64,000 bases of DNA from Candidatus Latescibacterota bacterium (GTDB lineage: Bacteria; Latescibacterota; UBA2968; GCA-2709665): contig OZ242358.1 in the NCBI GenBank assembly GCA_965208835.1, positions 2,496,001-2,560,000 on the forward strand. Reading direction: 5' to 3'. The notes beneath the pieces are model-generated. The model worked only from the letters and a program-made list of their open reading frames with translations, had not been told where the DNA came from and did no database searches. Each line of letters starts with the position of its first letter. Within the stretch, counting starts at the first letter, position 1. This document shows, piece after piece, positions 21,121 to 33,182 of the stretch. The position numbers and the translations under genes are program-made.

Positions 21121-22248
21121 TTAGCCTAATCCGGCACGTGCCGGCTTCCGGACGAAGCACTTTCCAGGTCGTTGCTCGGCGACGCCGGCCAACTCCAGCG
21201 ACAGCAGTACAGAAAGCACGCTGGCGGCTGGCATATCCGTACGGTCGGCGATGGTATCGACGTGGGCCGGCATGTCGGTGGACAGGCATTCGTATATCTG
21301 ACGTTCCTGCGTCGAGAGTTCCGGGGGTTCTTCCGCCGGATTCCGGCGGGTTTTCGGCGGCGGAATTCTTGTCAGTTGCGGACGAAGTTCATCCAGTATG
21401 TCCTCCACGGACTGGACCAGAACTGCACCCTGCCTGATCAGTTTGTTAGTGCCCCGGCTTCGGCCTGAATGAACCGGTCCTGGAATGGCGAAGACCTCCC
21501 GGTTTTGGTCAAGCGCCAGCCGGGCGGTTATCAGTGCGCCGCTGCGTTCACCCGCCTCTACGACCAGGACACCAAGGCTGAGTCCGCTGATGATTCGGTT
21601 GCGGCGAGGAAAATTGTGGGCTTCCGCGGATGCTCCCATGGGGAATTCCGAAAGCGTGGCTCCGGTTTCGCTGATGTCCCGGAACAGGTCCCGGTTTTGT
21701 GGCGGATACGGCCTGTCCAGCCCGCTACCCAGCACGGCGACGGTGTATCCTCGTTCGGCAAGCGCCGCCTGGTGGACGTGTGTGTCGATGCCGGTGGCCA
21801 GACCGCTGACCACGGTTATTCCCCGGCGAACGAGTTCTGCCGACATCTGATGGGCAATTTCTCTCCCGTAGGACGTGAATGAGCGTGAGCCAACGATCGC
21901 GACCGTGGGATGTGCACAAACATTTATTTTTCCGAGTACATATAGAATTGGCGGTGGCGCGTGGGTTTCTCGAAGATAGACCGGATAGTCGGGACACTGC
22001 AGCGTCAGCAGATGGACACGGGCATCTTCGGCGCGTCGAAGTTGCTCTTCAGCCCATGACAGGTCGCGATCCGCATGGATCGCATCGGCAAGTTCCGGGC
22101 CAATACCCGGCACCGTGCACAGACGTTCACGGGGCGCCCGTAATATTTCTCCCGGGCTGCAGAATTTTCGCAGCAATGCGGAATAGGCGACGGGTCCGAG
22201 CCCGGAGACCGAATGAAGCGTTAACCAGTCTAGGATTTCTTTGGGCAT
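21121..22248 (-). CDS. dprA: DNA-processing protein DprA
   Basis: 'VAIVGSR', 'VSGLATGID', 'NFPRRNRIISGLS', 'SGALITA'. Confidence 0.96.
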   Translation of the reverse strand: MPKEILDWLTLHSVSGLGPVAYSALLRKFCSPGEILRAPRERLCTVPGIGPELADAIHADRDLSWAEEQLRRAEDARVHLLTLQCPDYPVYLRETHAPPPILYVLGKINVCAHPTVAIVGSRSFTSYGREIAHQMSAELVRRGITVVSGLATGIDTHVHQAALAERGYTVAVLGSGLDRPYPPQNRDLFRDISETGATLSEFPMGASAEAHNFPRRNRIISGLSLGVLVVEAGERSGALITARLALDQNREVFAIPGPVHSGRSRGTNKLIRQGAVLVQSVEDILDELRPQLTRIPPPKTRRNPAEEPPELSTQERQIYECLSTDMPAHVDTIADRTDMPAASVLSVLLSLELAGVAEQRPGKCFVRKPARAGLG

Positions 22249-22462
22249 ATTGGCCTAAGCATCACAATCGTAGACGGCAACCAGGTGTGGTTCGCGGCAG
22301 ATTCAGCTTAGCAGTATGCAAAAGAAATACCAGAAAAAAACCGGGGAATTGCGGCGTGGTAGACGCCATGCGGTGAACGGGACTTTCAGATGCGGCATCG
22401 CGTTCGAAAGGAACTTGCAGGAGGACGGAGCGAGGAAGGGAATTGAAGCCTGGTCAAACCGG

Positions 22463-23977
<1,515 letters not shown>

Positions 23978-23981
<4 letters not shown>

Positions 23982-24931
23982 GTTTGTTCCTTTGCGAGCT
24001 TCATGTATGCCAACCCACCCGCAACACTGAAGGTAGACTGGTTCACAAGGAAATGCCGCTGTGACTCCGGGAGCGTCTCTGTCGTGCAGTTCAAAAAGGG
24101 CAGCAGGGTTTCGAATCCTGGCCCTACCGCTCTCTCGATGCGCTGGCCGAGGGTCTCAATCCGATGATTCTCCCCGCACAACAGAACATGATCGAATTCC
24201 GCGCTGTCCCGGTTGAAGTGGCGCCTCTCATTGAGCCAGCGCCGCAATATGGCGTCGGTTTTTTCCAGGATCGCGTACTCGCGCGAGGTCTCATCCTGCA
24301 ACCCGCTAACCGGCCTCGTGTTTTCCAGGCAGACAGCTTCCGCCGAAACCAGTTTGCCGGATTCCGTCGCCACAAAATAGAGCCAGGGATGTCCACCCAT
24401 GACGGCGGCACCGGATCCGGCCTGGCCCTTCGCCATCAGACAGGCATAATACAGTCCGATAGGTTCGGTTTCCAGCCGATACTTCGTCACGAGAAGCGAC
24501 GAAAGCAATTCCGAACAGAAATCAAGAACCTCCTTGCGGATGGCAATCCAGAACGCTGCCCGTCCCACTGCGATGTAATCGACGACATACCTCTCGATTG
24601 GGTCGACCAGCGTTTGCGCTGCCTCCCAGGTGATGTGTTCCTGCCTGTCTTCGGACGAAGCCAGTTCCAGGTGAGACTTCTGCAGGTGAAAGAAGCCGCC
24701 TCCCAGAGAGAGAACAACGGACCCTGGAACTTTCTGAACCTGTGCGAAGGCATTCTTTAGACCCTCCGCAATGCATTGCCGGACTAGAGGCTGAACAGGC
24801 CAATGCGGTATAACAGGCGTGGCCAGGCGGGTCTCGAAGAGCGCACAGAGCCGGTATCCCGCCGGTGTGCGTTCCAGGCACGCCAATCGAAGCAGGTCGC
24901 CGGCAATCTGAATCCCCGTCGCCCGGGTCAT
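23978..24931 (-). CDS. Hypothetical protein, possibly a degenerate PilM/FtsA-like actin fold
   Basis: Start/stop overlaps with neighbours; N-terminal 'GIQIAGDLLRLA', 'VLLCG' and C-terminal 'SVAGGLA' recall PilM; function is inference. Confidence 0.55.
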
Positions 24932-25314
24932 TGACCGCCCACCGTAATCTTCGACCCCAGTCTTTGCAGCGTTTTACTTCCAATACCCTTTACACGGGTC
25001 AATTCATCCACGGACTTGAATGGGCCCCGCTGATTGCGGTCGTCCACAATACGACGGGCAATTTTGGGACCGATACCCGGAAGGCGCGTCAGCTGTCCGG
25101 CTGAAGCCCGGTTCAGATCAATTGGGCCGGCGTGTTGCTCTATAGATTCTGTTTTTTCCGCTTTACCGGGTACCGGTACCGCACCCTTCTGAATGTGAAA
25201 ATCCGGGAGGTCGCTCCCGCTGTATCGCTCAATCAGATTGACCGCCCCTCCGATCAGCAGTGCGGCAGTCAGACCCAGTAATACGAACCGTTCCTTGCGA
25301 TTGAAGGAAAACAC
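24928..25314 (-). CDS. comEA: ComEA-family helix-hairpin-helix DNA-binding protein
   Basis: N-terminal TM segment; 'IDLNRASAGQLTRLPGIGPKIARRI', 'VKGIG'. Confidence 0.88.
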   Translation of the reverse strand: MFSFNRKERFVLLGLTAALLIGGAVNLIERYSGSDLPDFHIQKGAVPVPGKAEKTESIEQHAGPIDLNRASAGQLTRLPGIGPKIARRIVDDRNQRGPFKSVDELTRVKGIGSKTLQRLGSKITVGGQ

Positions 25315-25368
25315 ACGTACTCCTTAAGATAGCGAGCCCGGATCAGAGTTGAAAGGCGGGCGGATTTT

Positions 25369-28300
25369 TCAATTGAAGCGGATTTCTCCCCATACTTTGA
25401 ATTCCCAGACCCTGTTGTTCAGGTCCCGGAGCTTGTCCTTCCGGTTTTCGTGCCGGAAGCGGGTCCCGCCCGTAAACTTGCGGCTGAACTCATATTGGCC
25501 CGCAAGGCTGGCGTGCCAGCGATCTTCGCTCTGGCGCACAACGGCCTGTTCAGTTTCGGTCGCTTCCGCGTTTCGGGGAATCTCCCTTTTGAGGTTGGTG
25601 TTGGTTCCGTACTCAAGGGTTAGGTCCAGGTTGCTCTGCAATTTCCTGACGAACTTCGAACTGAGTGAATACCTGAGGGATGCCGTGAACTGGGACGTTT
25701 CGGTCATGGTCGTACCAATCAGGCGTTCCTCCAGTGTCGGCTGTACCAGGGTGGTATCGGATGCCACATTACGCTGGTACCGGAGGTCGCTCTGACGACT
25801 GCGGTTTCTGCGGAGAATCGTGTTCATTCTGTTCTTCCATTTGGCCTGCCAGGCGAGAAGTGGCCTGAACTCGGTTCTCCGCGTATCGCTGGTCAGGACG
25901 TTGTCATCCAGCCCGCCGTCGCCCCGGAGGGTGCGGTTAGTATTATAGTTGAAGCTGAGATTCGAACTGGTGAACAGCCATCTCAAGACCGGAATTTCCC
26001 CGAGGCCGCGCCAGTTTATGCCAAAAGCCGGATACTCCAGTTTCTGTTCTTCCGTATTGGCATTGCCAAAACTCTTCGTATGATTAAACGTCAGATTGGT
26101 ACTGCCACGAAAACCGGCCGGAAGGCGGACTCCGCCCTTAAGAATCGCATTGTCCGTGATGTTTCTGGTGTTGACGCGTGTAATGCCCCCTGATCCGTAA
26201 CGGAGCGAAGTCGTCGTGTCGGTGAGACCGAGTTGGAACTTCAACGCGGGTCGACGCCGCAGGCCGAAGAGATTGAACGTTCGGTTTCGATGGACGTTGA
26301 CCTGTACGGCTTCCAATGCCCCGCCCATTCTTCCAATCAGCCGGATTACGGAAAGCCCGGTCTGGTCCTTCGACGGACGTGCCAGAGAGCGAAAGAGACC
26401 AGGCAGGTTCAGGCTGAACCTGCCGCCGACGCGGCTGTTGTTGCCCGCGGTCAGTCCCCTGCGTTCGTTGCCAATGGGGATACGCTGGCCCCCCGATTCG
26501 AGCCGCTCACGATATCGTGAGGAGTAGTCGGAATTGACGTTGAGCCACTTGGAAACGCGGGGTGTGAAGTTGAAGCTCACCTCCTGATTTCGTGTGGTCT
26601 CGCGGCCAAACTGAAGCCGGGCGAAATCGAACGAATTCCGGAGGTCGCGGCTCACCGCGAGGGAATAGTTGGCGTTCAGGCTTCGAAAGGGAGTCAGTTT
26701 TATGGCGAAACTCTCGTTGACGTTGAAGGTCTCGTTCAGAACCGCGATAACGTCGGACGTGTCGCCTTCGATGGCCGAGAAGGAGCGTCTGTTGATGTTC
26801 TTCCGGTCGAAGCGCAGATTATAACGAAGCGTTGACGGGAGGTAGAAGAATTGGACTTCGTCAAAATAGGTCCCCAGTCCCGGGACCCAGGTGAGGATTT
26901 TAACGCCCTGCTGTCTGGGCCAGCTGACGTCATAGCTGAGACTCCCGTTGAAATTATGCTCTTTGTTGGACCGGCGCCGAGTGATCGCGCCGCTGACCGC
27001 GTTATTGGACAGCAAGTTCATGGACGCGTTGACCCGGTCGAAGAGAAGTCTGGCTATCCAGCGGCGGTCATTCGCCGCTGGACGTTTGCGCAGAGAGACA
27101 TTGAACCGTGAAGAAGCGCGGACCGCGTTCTCCCTGCCCTTCTGCTGTTCGGTCAGTACGATGTCGGAACCCTGTCGGATGCGGGGTACCGATCCGTTCC
27201 GAAGGTAATTGAACCGTACCGGAATGACGGTGTTCCACCTGTCGGGCAGGAATTTATTCAGATTGAATGAACCGTTCATGCTGACCTGGGTTGTCGTATT
27301 GCCCGTGGAGCGCCCCTGGAGATCCTGGAAGTCACCGCTTCTGCGTTCCAGATTCAGGCTCACATTGCCCAGGTCAGCCAGTGTAGACTGAACGTTCAGT
27401 AGCATGGATACGGCGTTTTTCTTGCGGATTCGGTCGACACGGAGTTCATCCAGCCAGATTTCGTTTTCGCCATCCAGAGGAAAATCTCCGGTGTTTCTTA
27501 CGCCGACCACGAATGACTTGATATTCGACAGTGCCGGGTTGCCGCGGACGGTATACGTCCCACCGTGCAGGTCCGCGCGAATCTGACTGGCTTCGCTGTC
27601 GTAGTCGGCCGGGATTTCTCCGCTCGGTAGGGAAATCCTCAGGGTGTCGGACGCCTGTCCGATGGCCTTGAGGTCCGTAAGCTTTGCCTTGATCTGCGTC
27701 AGGACATCGAGCTCGATTCTGAATGTGTTGTTCTCCGGCGACCAGCCCCGATAGACAGGCTTCCTGTACTCATAGAAGTTGAGCGTATCTTCGCCGATGG
27801 GTGAAAATCTTACGAAGAGTTCGATCGGGCTGAAACTGCCCGCGGCCGAATCGGGTTCTGCGGGAAAATTGGACTCGTAGGTGGGTGACGTGGGATTCCC
27901 GCCGTGCGCGAACATGGTCATCAGGCCGTATCGCGTGTAATTCTGTCCGTCGGTAAAGGTCCGTGAAGCCGACACGCTCTCGCCGGGAAAGAGGTCTTCA
28001 AACCGGAGAACGAGCGACCGTTCGAGGAGTTGTCTTCCCGTCTGTGGATCGATCTCGCGTTCGAGGCCGGGCGGAAGTTCGTAGACCTGATTGTCGGTGC
28101 CGATGGTGGCTACCCTGAAGTCCCCCGACTGTTGTCCATCGGGATTTTCATCTTCGAGCCAGTCACTTCCTACGGCGGCAATTGTATAGATGTCGAGGGA
28201 GGTTGTATCGTCGTGTTCGATCCAGATTCGTGCAAAGTCAAAGACACCGGCGAAGGTGGTATCTGGATTGCCTTCGACGGCGCGCGGCGCATTGCTGCCG

Positions 28301-31300
28301 CGCAAGGGAATGCGCAACAGCCTCCAGGGCCTGTCGGAAGGATCCGACTGGCTGCCCACGACGAGCACGGAAGGGCCGTCGTACCCGCCCGTAGCAGGAT
28401 TCCAGCCCCGATCCGACGCGAGGTCGACGCCATAGTGCAGGTAATGGTTTCGGGTATCCAGGATGCCGTTTCGGTTGAGGTCTTCGGAATCGGGTCTCTG
28501 TTCACGCTCGGAATTGTTGTTCTGGGTACCATTAATGCCCGCCGGGTACCGGAAGCGAAGGTCCTCCTGGTCGTCGTCCACGTCCTTGAAATTGTCGTCC
28601 GAAGGATCGTCGGGTACGGTCACGCCGGGGTAGATCAGGCGAAAGACCGAATCTTCCTGGGCATCGGTCAGGCCGTCCAGGCCGATGTCCTCTTCCGGTA
28701 TGGCCACGTCATCGCCAGTGGGAAAACCGGGCAGGGGGCGGTCTTCGGTGCGAAACTGCCCGGGAGGCGGCGGGTTGAACGTCGCGTGGTCGAGCAGCAG
28801 GTCCGCCCGCTCGGAGATCTCACCCAGATCGATATGCAGCCGGCCGGAATTCCCCCTGACCCAGAGCTCGATAAACTTCGACCGGGAAAAGTCCATGCCA
28901 AACAGATAACTCGAAATGCCCGCCCAGGAGTTTTCAGGGAGGCCGCCGGCCGGGTTCCTTGAGGTCTCGGGAAAGCCGTTGGTGCGGTGCGGCTCGAACC
29001 GGACGCTGAGAACGTCGTCGATGATGCTGCTTTCCACGGGAATATCGTCGCGGCTAGGCTGAATCTCGTAGATGGTTATCCGGTCCCGATCCACCAGATT
29101 GTACCAGGTGAGGCGTCCCTTCGGCATCGAGAGGGGGAGCCCGTTCCGGGTTGGGAAGCTTCCGGCGGACCAGTCGAATTTCCACGTCGAGAACGATTTC
29201 CTGCTTTCGGCGCCTTCGAAGTCATCGATGTACGCTACGTTCTTCGTATTCGGGTTGGGAAGGCTCTGAGCGATTTCCATGTCGACATTGAACGCCGATG
29301 GCGCCTGGGTTGAGACAAACGGCAGCCTGTTGGCGAGATCGGTGAGGATTTGCGGCTTGAAGCGGAAGCGGCCGTTCATATCCCAGATCAGGGTTCGCGC
29401 AGGTTCTTCGCCCACGCGGACTCGTTGCTGGGTGGCGCTTTCGCTGCCGTAGAGCAGGCTCAGGCCCACCATCGAGACGTTGTCCCTGAACGGGTGCTCC
29501 GCCCGGATGCCAAGAAGGCTCTTCTGCGCGCCACCCAGACCGAACTGGCTCTTGGATCTGTAGTTGATTACCAGGCTGGCGGAAGGGTCGGCCGCGAGGT
29601 CTGCGGCTTCGCCGACCAATACGATTGTGCCGAATTCATAATCGATGTTGTAGTCCCGCCCACGGGTCAGCGGACGATTATTCAACAGCACTTCCTCGCT
29701 GTTTTCAATCAGGCCTAACCCAAGTTGGAATTTGGTGGCCCTGCGATTTGATCGGATTCGTAGGAAATACTGGCCTTTCTGGGCCCGGGTGGTGTTGTTG
29801 GTCGTGTTGTAGATCTCGGGAACCCGGGTGTCGTCCGACAGCGCCTCTGCGCCGACACCGCGTTCACCGAATGGCTCGAGGTCGGGAAACACGAGGTGGC
29901 CGGTCAGTAGATTGAGTCCGGGCAGATTCGTGCCTCCGTCGATGTCGATGAGGTTGTCCGGTGGCGTGGACTCCGAAGCGCCGTTCGTGTGTCTGTCCAG
30001 GCCGAAGATCTGAAGGTAGGGTGTACCGCTCTGGTTGTCCACCGCCTCCTGGCCGGGCACGTCTCTGAGGATCTCGAGTTCAAAGCCCTCGGGCTCGATT
30101 TCACGGCCGCCCAGGAAATACACGTTTCGCCACGCCAGGTCCCACGTTGGAAATTCCGGCCTTTGTTGTCGGGCGTGAATGAGTTTCAGTCTGATCTTCG
30201 CATCGGGGTCTGAGGGGTCCTGGATGAAATTCAGGTCGCCGAAGATCCGACCGTCGGCCGTCCGGTATGCAACGGCAAGGCTGTGACTTCGCTGGACCCT
30301 CTGGCGGGTCATAATCAGATACCCTCTGGCGTCGACCAGAAACTCGGAGCGGTCCAGTTCGTGAAAAAACCCCTCTTCGATACCCCCGCTCTGCGCATCA
30401 CCCGCATTGGCATCGGGCTGCGGAGCAGGTCCGTCGGACCAGAACGCATATCCGATCCCGCGTCCGGCGCGCTGCTCAATATCGTTGCGATCGTTGAAGT
30501 CATTCAGAAAGACCCGGACGGAATTGATGTCCACGAGATCCGGGCGCCCGGGTTCGTCCGGAAAACTCCGGCGGTATACCTGGTCGAGGAAGAAGTACCG
30601 GTTTTCTTCGTAGTCATAGTCCCTGATTCTATGCGCGATTTCCTCCGCCTGACCCTGGAAGGACTTTTGGTTGCTGGTGCCACGGTCGTGGCTGGTGACC
30701 ACCGTTACGTCCAATCCGCCCAGACGTCCCCGGCCCTTGATTCCGAACAGACCGCTTCCGCTGGACCCGCTGAAGCCTACCAGACGGGTGCCCGGCAGAC
30801 TGAGGGAGGTTCTTCCCGCCTCAATCTCCTGAATGATATCGTCTTCGTCTCCGTCGTAGCGGAATTGCAGCGATTCGCTGATATCGGTCTGGCCGCGGCT
30901 GTCCTGTTGCAGGTTCAACGAAATACGGTCGCCTATGGTACCCTGCACGTTCAACTGGGATTCCTGCTCGAAATTGACGGTAAAGCCCTCTTGCGCCCGT
31001 GCGCGAACAGTCTGAGCCTGTCCGCCCACGGTGGTATTCCTGCCAGACAGATCGATGCGCCGCGATCCGGTAATTTTAATATTGGTATCGCCTTCACCTG
31101 TAATGACGCTCAATGCCTTGGGCACCTTGACGGGTATCTTGATATCCACGAGCGCCCCGCCCATCCCACGGCGAGTTTGCACGGGAAGGCTGAGTTTGTC
31201 GGCGACCACGCGACCAAAGTCGGCGTCGAATTTATATGCGAACAGCCCCTTTATGGTGATGACCGCCGGTATGCCATGAACGACGTCGCCGGCGGTTTTG

Positions 31301-31593
31301 TAAACCATCAGCTTGGCCGCATCCGTTTTGAGCAGGCGGGTGACCGTCCGGGTGAACTGTCGCCGTTTTCGGAAGAGAGGTTGAAAGGCGGTGGTACTGG
31401 AAAACGTGAGCCTGACGGGAGAACGATGGAAGACGTGCGCGGGTGTGTCTCCGAAAGAGAGTTGAATGCCCGGTTCAGCATGGAGCTTGACCGAATCGGA
31501 CAGAAGACACGTGCTGAGCACAAAGGCGAGGACCGGAGGAAGCGGAAGAATCGATCCCCATTGTGATTCTCTGAAGATGTATGGGATCTGCAT
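25369..31593 (-). CDS. sprA: SprA-like very large outer-membrane protein (T9SS translocon family)
   Basis: 2074 aa; 'YDGDEDDIIQEIEAG', 'GLFGIK', 'AYIDDFEG', 'LHIDLGEISE', 'DSEDLNRNG.LD', 'GNPALSNI', 'IWLDELRV'; C-terminal beta-signal-like 'EIRFN'. Confidence 0.88.
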   Translation of the reverse strand: MQIPYIFRESQWGSILPLPPVLAFVLSTCLLSDSVKLHAEPGIQLSFGDTPAHVFHRSPVRLTFSSTTAFQPLFRKRRQFTRTVTRLLKTDAAKLMVYKTAGDVVHGIPAVITIKGLFAYKFDADFGRVVADKLSLPVQTRRGMGGALVDIKIPVKVPKALSVITGEGDTNIKITGSRRIDLSGRNTTVGGQAQTVRARAQEGFTVNFEQESQLNVQGTIGDRISLNLQQDSRGQTDISESLQFRYDGDEDDIIQEIEAGRTSLSLPGTRLVGFSGSSGSGLFGIKGRGRLGGLDVTVVTSHDRGTSNQKSFQGQAEEIAHRIRDYDYEENRYFFLDQVYRRSFPDEPGRPDLVDINSVRVFLNDFNDRNDIEQRAGRGIGYAFWSDGPAPQPDANAGDAQSGGIEEGFFHELDRSEFLVDARGYLIMTRQRVQRSHSLAVAYRTADGRIFGDLNFIQDPSDPDAKIRLKLIHARQQRPEFPTWDLAWRNVYFLGGREIEPEGFELEILRDVPGQEAVDNQSGTPYLQIFGLDRHTNGASESTPPDNLIDIDGGTNLPGLNLLTGHLVFPDLEPFGERGVGAEALSDDTRVPEIYNTTNNTTRAQKGQYFLRIRSNRRATKFQLGLGLIENSEEVLLNNRPLTRGRDYNIDYEFGTIVLVGEAADLAADPSASLVINYRSKSQFGLGGAQKSLLGIRAEHPFRDNVSMVGLSLLYGSESATQQRVRVGEEPARTLIWDMNGRFRFKPQILTDLANRLPFVSTQAPSAFNVDMEIAQSLPNPNTKNVAYIDDFEGAESRKSFSTWKFDWSAGSFPTRNGLPLSMPKGRLTWYNLVDRDRITIYEIQPSRDDIPVESSIIDDVLSVRFEPHRTNGFPETSRNPAGGLPENSWAGISSYLFGMDFSRSKFIELWVRGNSGRLHIDLGEISERADLLLDHATFNPPPPGQFRTEDRPLPGFPTGDDVAIPEEDIGLDGLTDAQEDSVFRLIYPGVTVPDDPSDDNFKDVDDDQEDLRFRYPAGINGTQNNNSEREQRPDSEDLNRNGILDTRNHYLHYGVDLASDRGWNPATGGYDGPSVLVVGSQSDPSDRPWRLLRIPLRGSNAPRAVEGNPDTTFAGVFDFARIWIEHDDTTSLDIYTIAAVGSDWLEDENPDGQQSGDFRVATIGTDNQVYELPPGLEREIDPQTGRQLLERSLVLRFEDLFPGESVSASRTFTDGQNYTRYGLMTMFAHGGNPTSPTYESNFPAEPDSAAGSFSPIELFVRFSPIGEDTLNFYEYRKPVYRGWSPENNTFRIELDVLTQIKAKLTDLKAIGQASDTLRISLPSGEIPADYDSEASQIRADLHGGTYTVRGNPALSNIKSFVVGVRNTGDFPLDGENEIWLDELRVDRIRKKNAVSMLLNVQSTLADLGNVSLNLERRSGDFQDLQGRSTGNTTTQVSMNGSFNLNKFLPDRWNTVIPVRFNYLRNGSVPRIRQGSDIVLTEQQKGRENAVRASSRFNVSLRKRPAANDRRWIARLLFDRVNASMNLLSNNAVSGAITRRRSNKEHNFNGSLSYDVSWPRQQGVKILTWVPGLGTYFDEVQFFYLPSTLRYNLRFDRKNINRRSFSAIEGDTSDVIAVLNETFNVNESFAIKLTPFRSLNANYSLAVSRDLRNSFDFARLQFGRETTRNQEVSFNFTPRVSKWLNVNSDYSSRYRERLESGGQRIPIGNERRGLTAGNNSRVGGRFSLNLPGLFRSLARPSKDQTGLSVIRLIGRMGGALEAVQVNVHRNRTFNLFGLRRRPALKFQLGLTDTTTSLRYGSGGITRVNTRNITDNAILKGGVRLPAGFRGSTNLTFNHTKSFGNANTEEQKLEYPAFGINWRGLGEIPVLRWLFTSSNLSFNYNTNRTLRGDGGLDDNVLTSDTRRTEFRPLLAWQAKWKNRMNTILRRNRSRQSDLRYQRNVASDTTLVQPTLEERLIGTTMTETSQFTASLRYSLSSKFVRKLQSNLDLTLEYGTNTNLKREIPRNAEATETEQAVVRQSEDRWHASLAGQYEFSRKFTGGTRFRHENRKDKLRDLNNRVWEFKVWGEIRFN

Positions 31594-31883
31594 GCGTGAA
31601 TCGGAATTTCTTGGACGAGGACGGTCCCTCGCGACGTGGTCAGGAGCCGGGGATCAGGATAATAATACCGAACCGCGTGTCAAAGAGCAAGGGAAAACCC
31701 GAACCGAATGATTCATAAATAAGACACTTATAAACAATGGGTTAGGGAGAATATTCCCCATGCCGGACAGGTGAAGGGTTCAGAAAGGGCTACCGAAGCA
31801 AAAAAAATCCGGTATATTCTTGGGTCTCTTGATATCAGTATCTTTAACTCTTTTGAAAACACGCGGTTCCATGGAGACGGGAT

Positions 31884-33182
31884 ATGGTGCTTTCCAGGTA
31901 CGTACTGAAAGAGCACCTCGTGCCGTTTGTGTTCGGCTTATCCGTCATCATGTTTCTTCTGGTCGTTGACCTGATTCTGCAGAAGATGGACCTGATGCTC
32001 GGAAAGGGAATCGCGCCGGGTGTCGTTCTGGAGCTTTTCCTGCTAAACACTGCGTGGATGATCGCTCTGGCAGTCCCGATGGCGGTACTGGTCGCCACCC
32101 TGATGGCTTTTGGCCGACTGAGCGCGGACGGAGAGATTTCTGCCATGCAGGCGCTGGGAATCGGGGTCTTCCGTGTGATTCTGCCAGTGTTTTTTTCTGG
32201 CGCTGCGCTGGCGCTCGGGCTGGTTGTGTTCAACGACCGGGTTCTGCCTGAATTCAACTATCGGGCCCGAATGCTGATGGGAGATATCCAGCGCAAACGG
32301 CCCACCGTTGCCCTTGAGGACAGGAGCGGTGTGTTCATTCAGGATTTCGCCAACTACAGGATTCTGATAGGAGATATCGACAGGCGGACTTCGACTCTCA
32401 AGGATGTCCTGATTTACAGGTACGAAGCGGGAGGGTACCCGGTATCCATTGCAGCCGAAACCGGTCGGGTTCGAATTGACAGTGAGAGTGACGAAGCACT
32501 CGTGACGCTGGAAAACGGAGAATGGCATCGGGTGGACAAGGCAGACCCTGACGTTTACATCAGAGCGCGTTTCCAAAAAAAAACCCTGCGCCTCGGGGAA
32601 GCCGGCCGACACCTCATACGCACCATGTCGCATTACCGGTCGGACAGGGAGATGGGACTGGGTGCGATGATGGAGAGAGTGGACTCGCACCAGCGGGAAG
32701 CATCTGCATTACAGGCCGAAGCGGCTGACAGCGCAGGCGCCGCACTGAAGCGTCTGCTCTTCGAGCCCGGTACCGAACGGCGGCCCGTTGAAATCGTCGC
32801 GGACCTGGCCAGGAAATCTCGAACCGACGCAGCAATTCGACATCACAAACTCCGGCAGGCGGACCGGTACCGGGTTGAAATCCACAAGAAACTCTCGATA
32901 CCTGTAGCATGTATTGTCTTCGTTGTCATTGGCGCCCCGCTCGGGATCCGGGTGCGCGGGAGCAGCCCGGCCGTCGGGGCAGGAATCAGCATCGGGTTCT
33001 TTCTCTTGTGGTGGCTCTGTCTGATCAGCGGGGAAACCCTGGCCGATCGCGGATTTGTTTCGCCGTGGGTTGCCATGTGGAGCCCTAACTTCCTGGTTCT
33101 CTCCTGCGGTGCATGGCTCGTATTCGGCACGGTGCTCGAGTGGCGTATCGATCGATGGAGGAGGCAACCTTGCGCATCCTGA
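31884..33182 (+). CDS. lptF: LptF/LptG-family LPS export permease
   Basis: 'LSRYVLKE', 'FGRLSADGEISAM', 'EIHKKLSIPVAC'. Confidence 0.85.
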   Translation: MVLSRYVLKEHLVPFVFGLSVIMFLLVVDLILQKMDLMLGKGIAPGVVLELFLLNTAWMIALAVPMAVLVATLMAFGRLSADGEISAMQALGIGVFRVILPVFFSGAALALGLVVFNDRVLPEFNYRARMLMGDIQRKRPTVALEDRSGVFIQDFANYRILIGDIDRRTSTLKDVLIYRYEAGGYPVSIAAETGRVRIDSESDEALVTLENGEWHRVDKADPDVYIRARFQKKTLRLGEAGRHLIRTMSHYRSDREMGLGAMMERVDSHQREASALQAEAADSAGAALKRLLFEPGTERRPVEIVADLARKSRTDAAIRHHKLRQADRYRVEIHKKLSIPVACIVFVVIGAPLGIRVRGSSPAVGAGISIGFFLLWWLCLISGETLADRGFVSPWVAMWSPNFLVLSCGAWLVFGTVLEWRIDRWRRQPCAS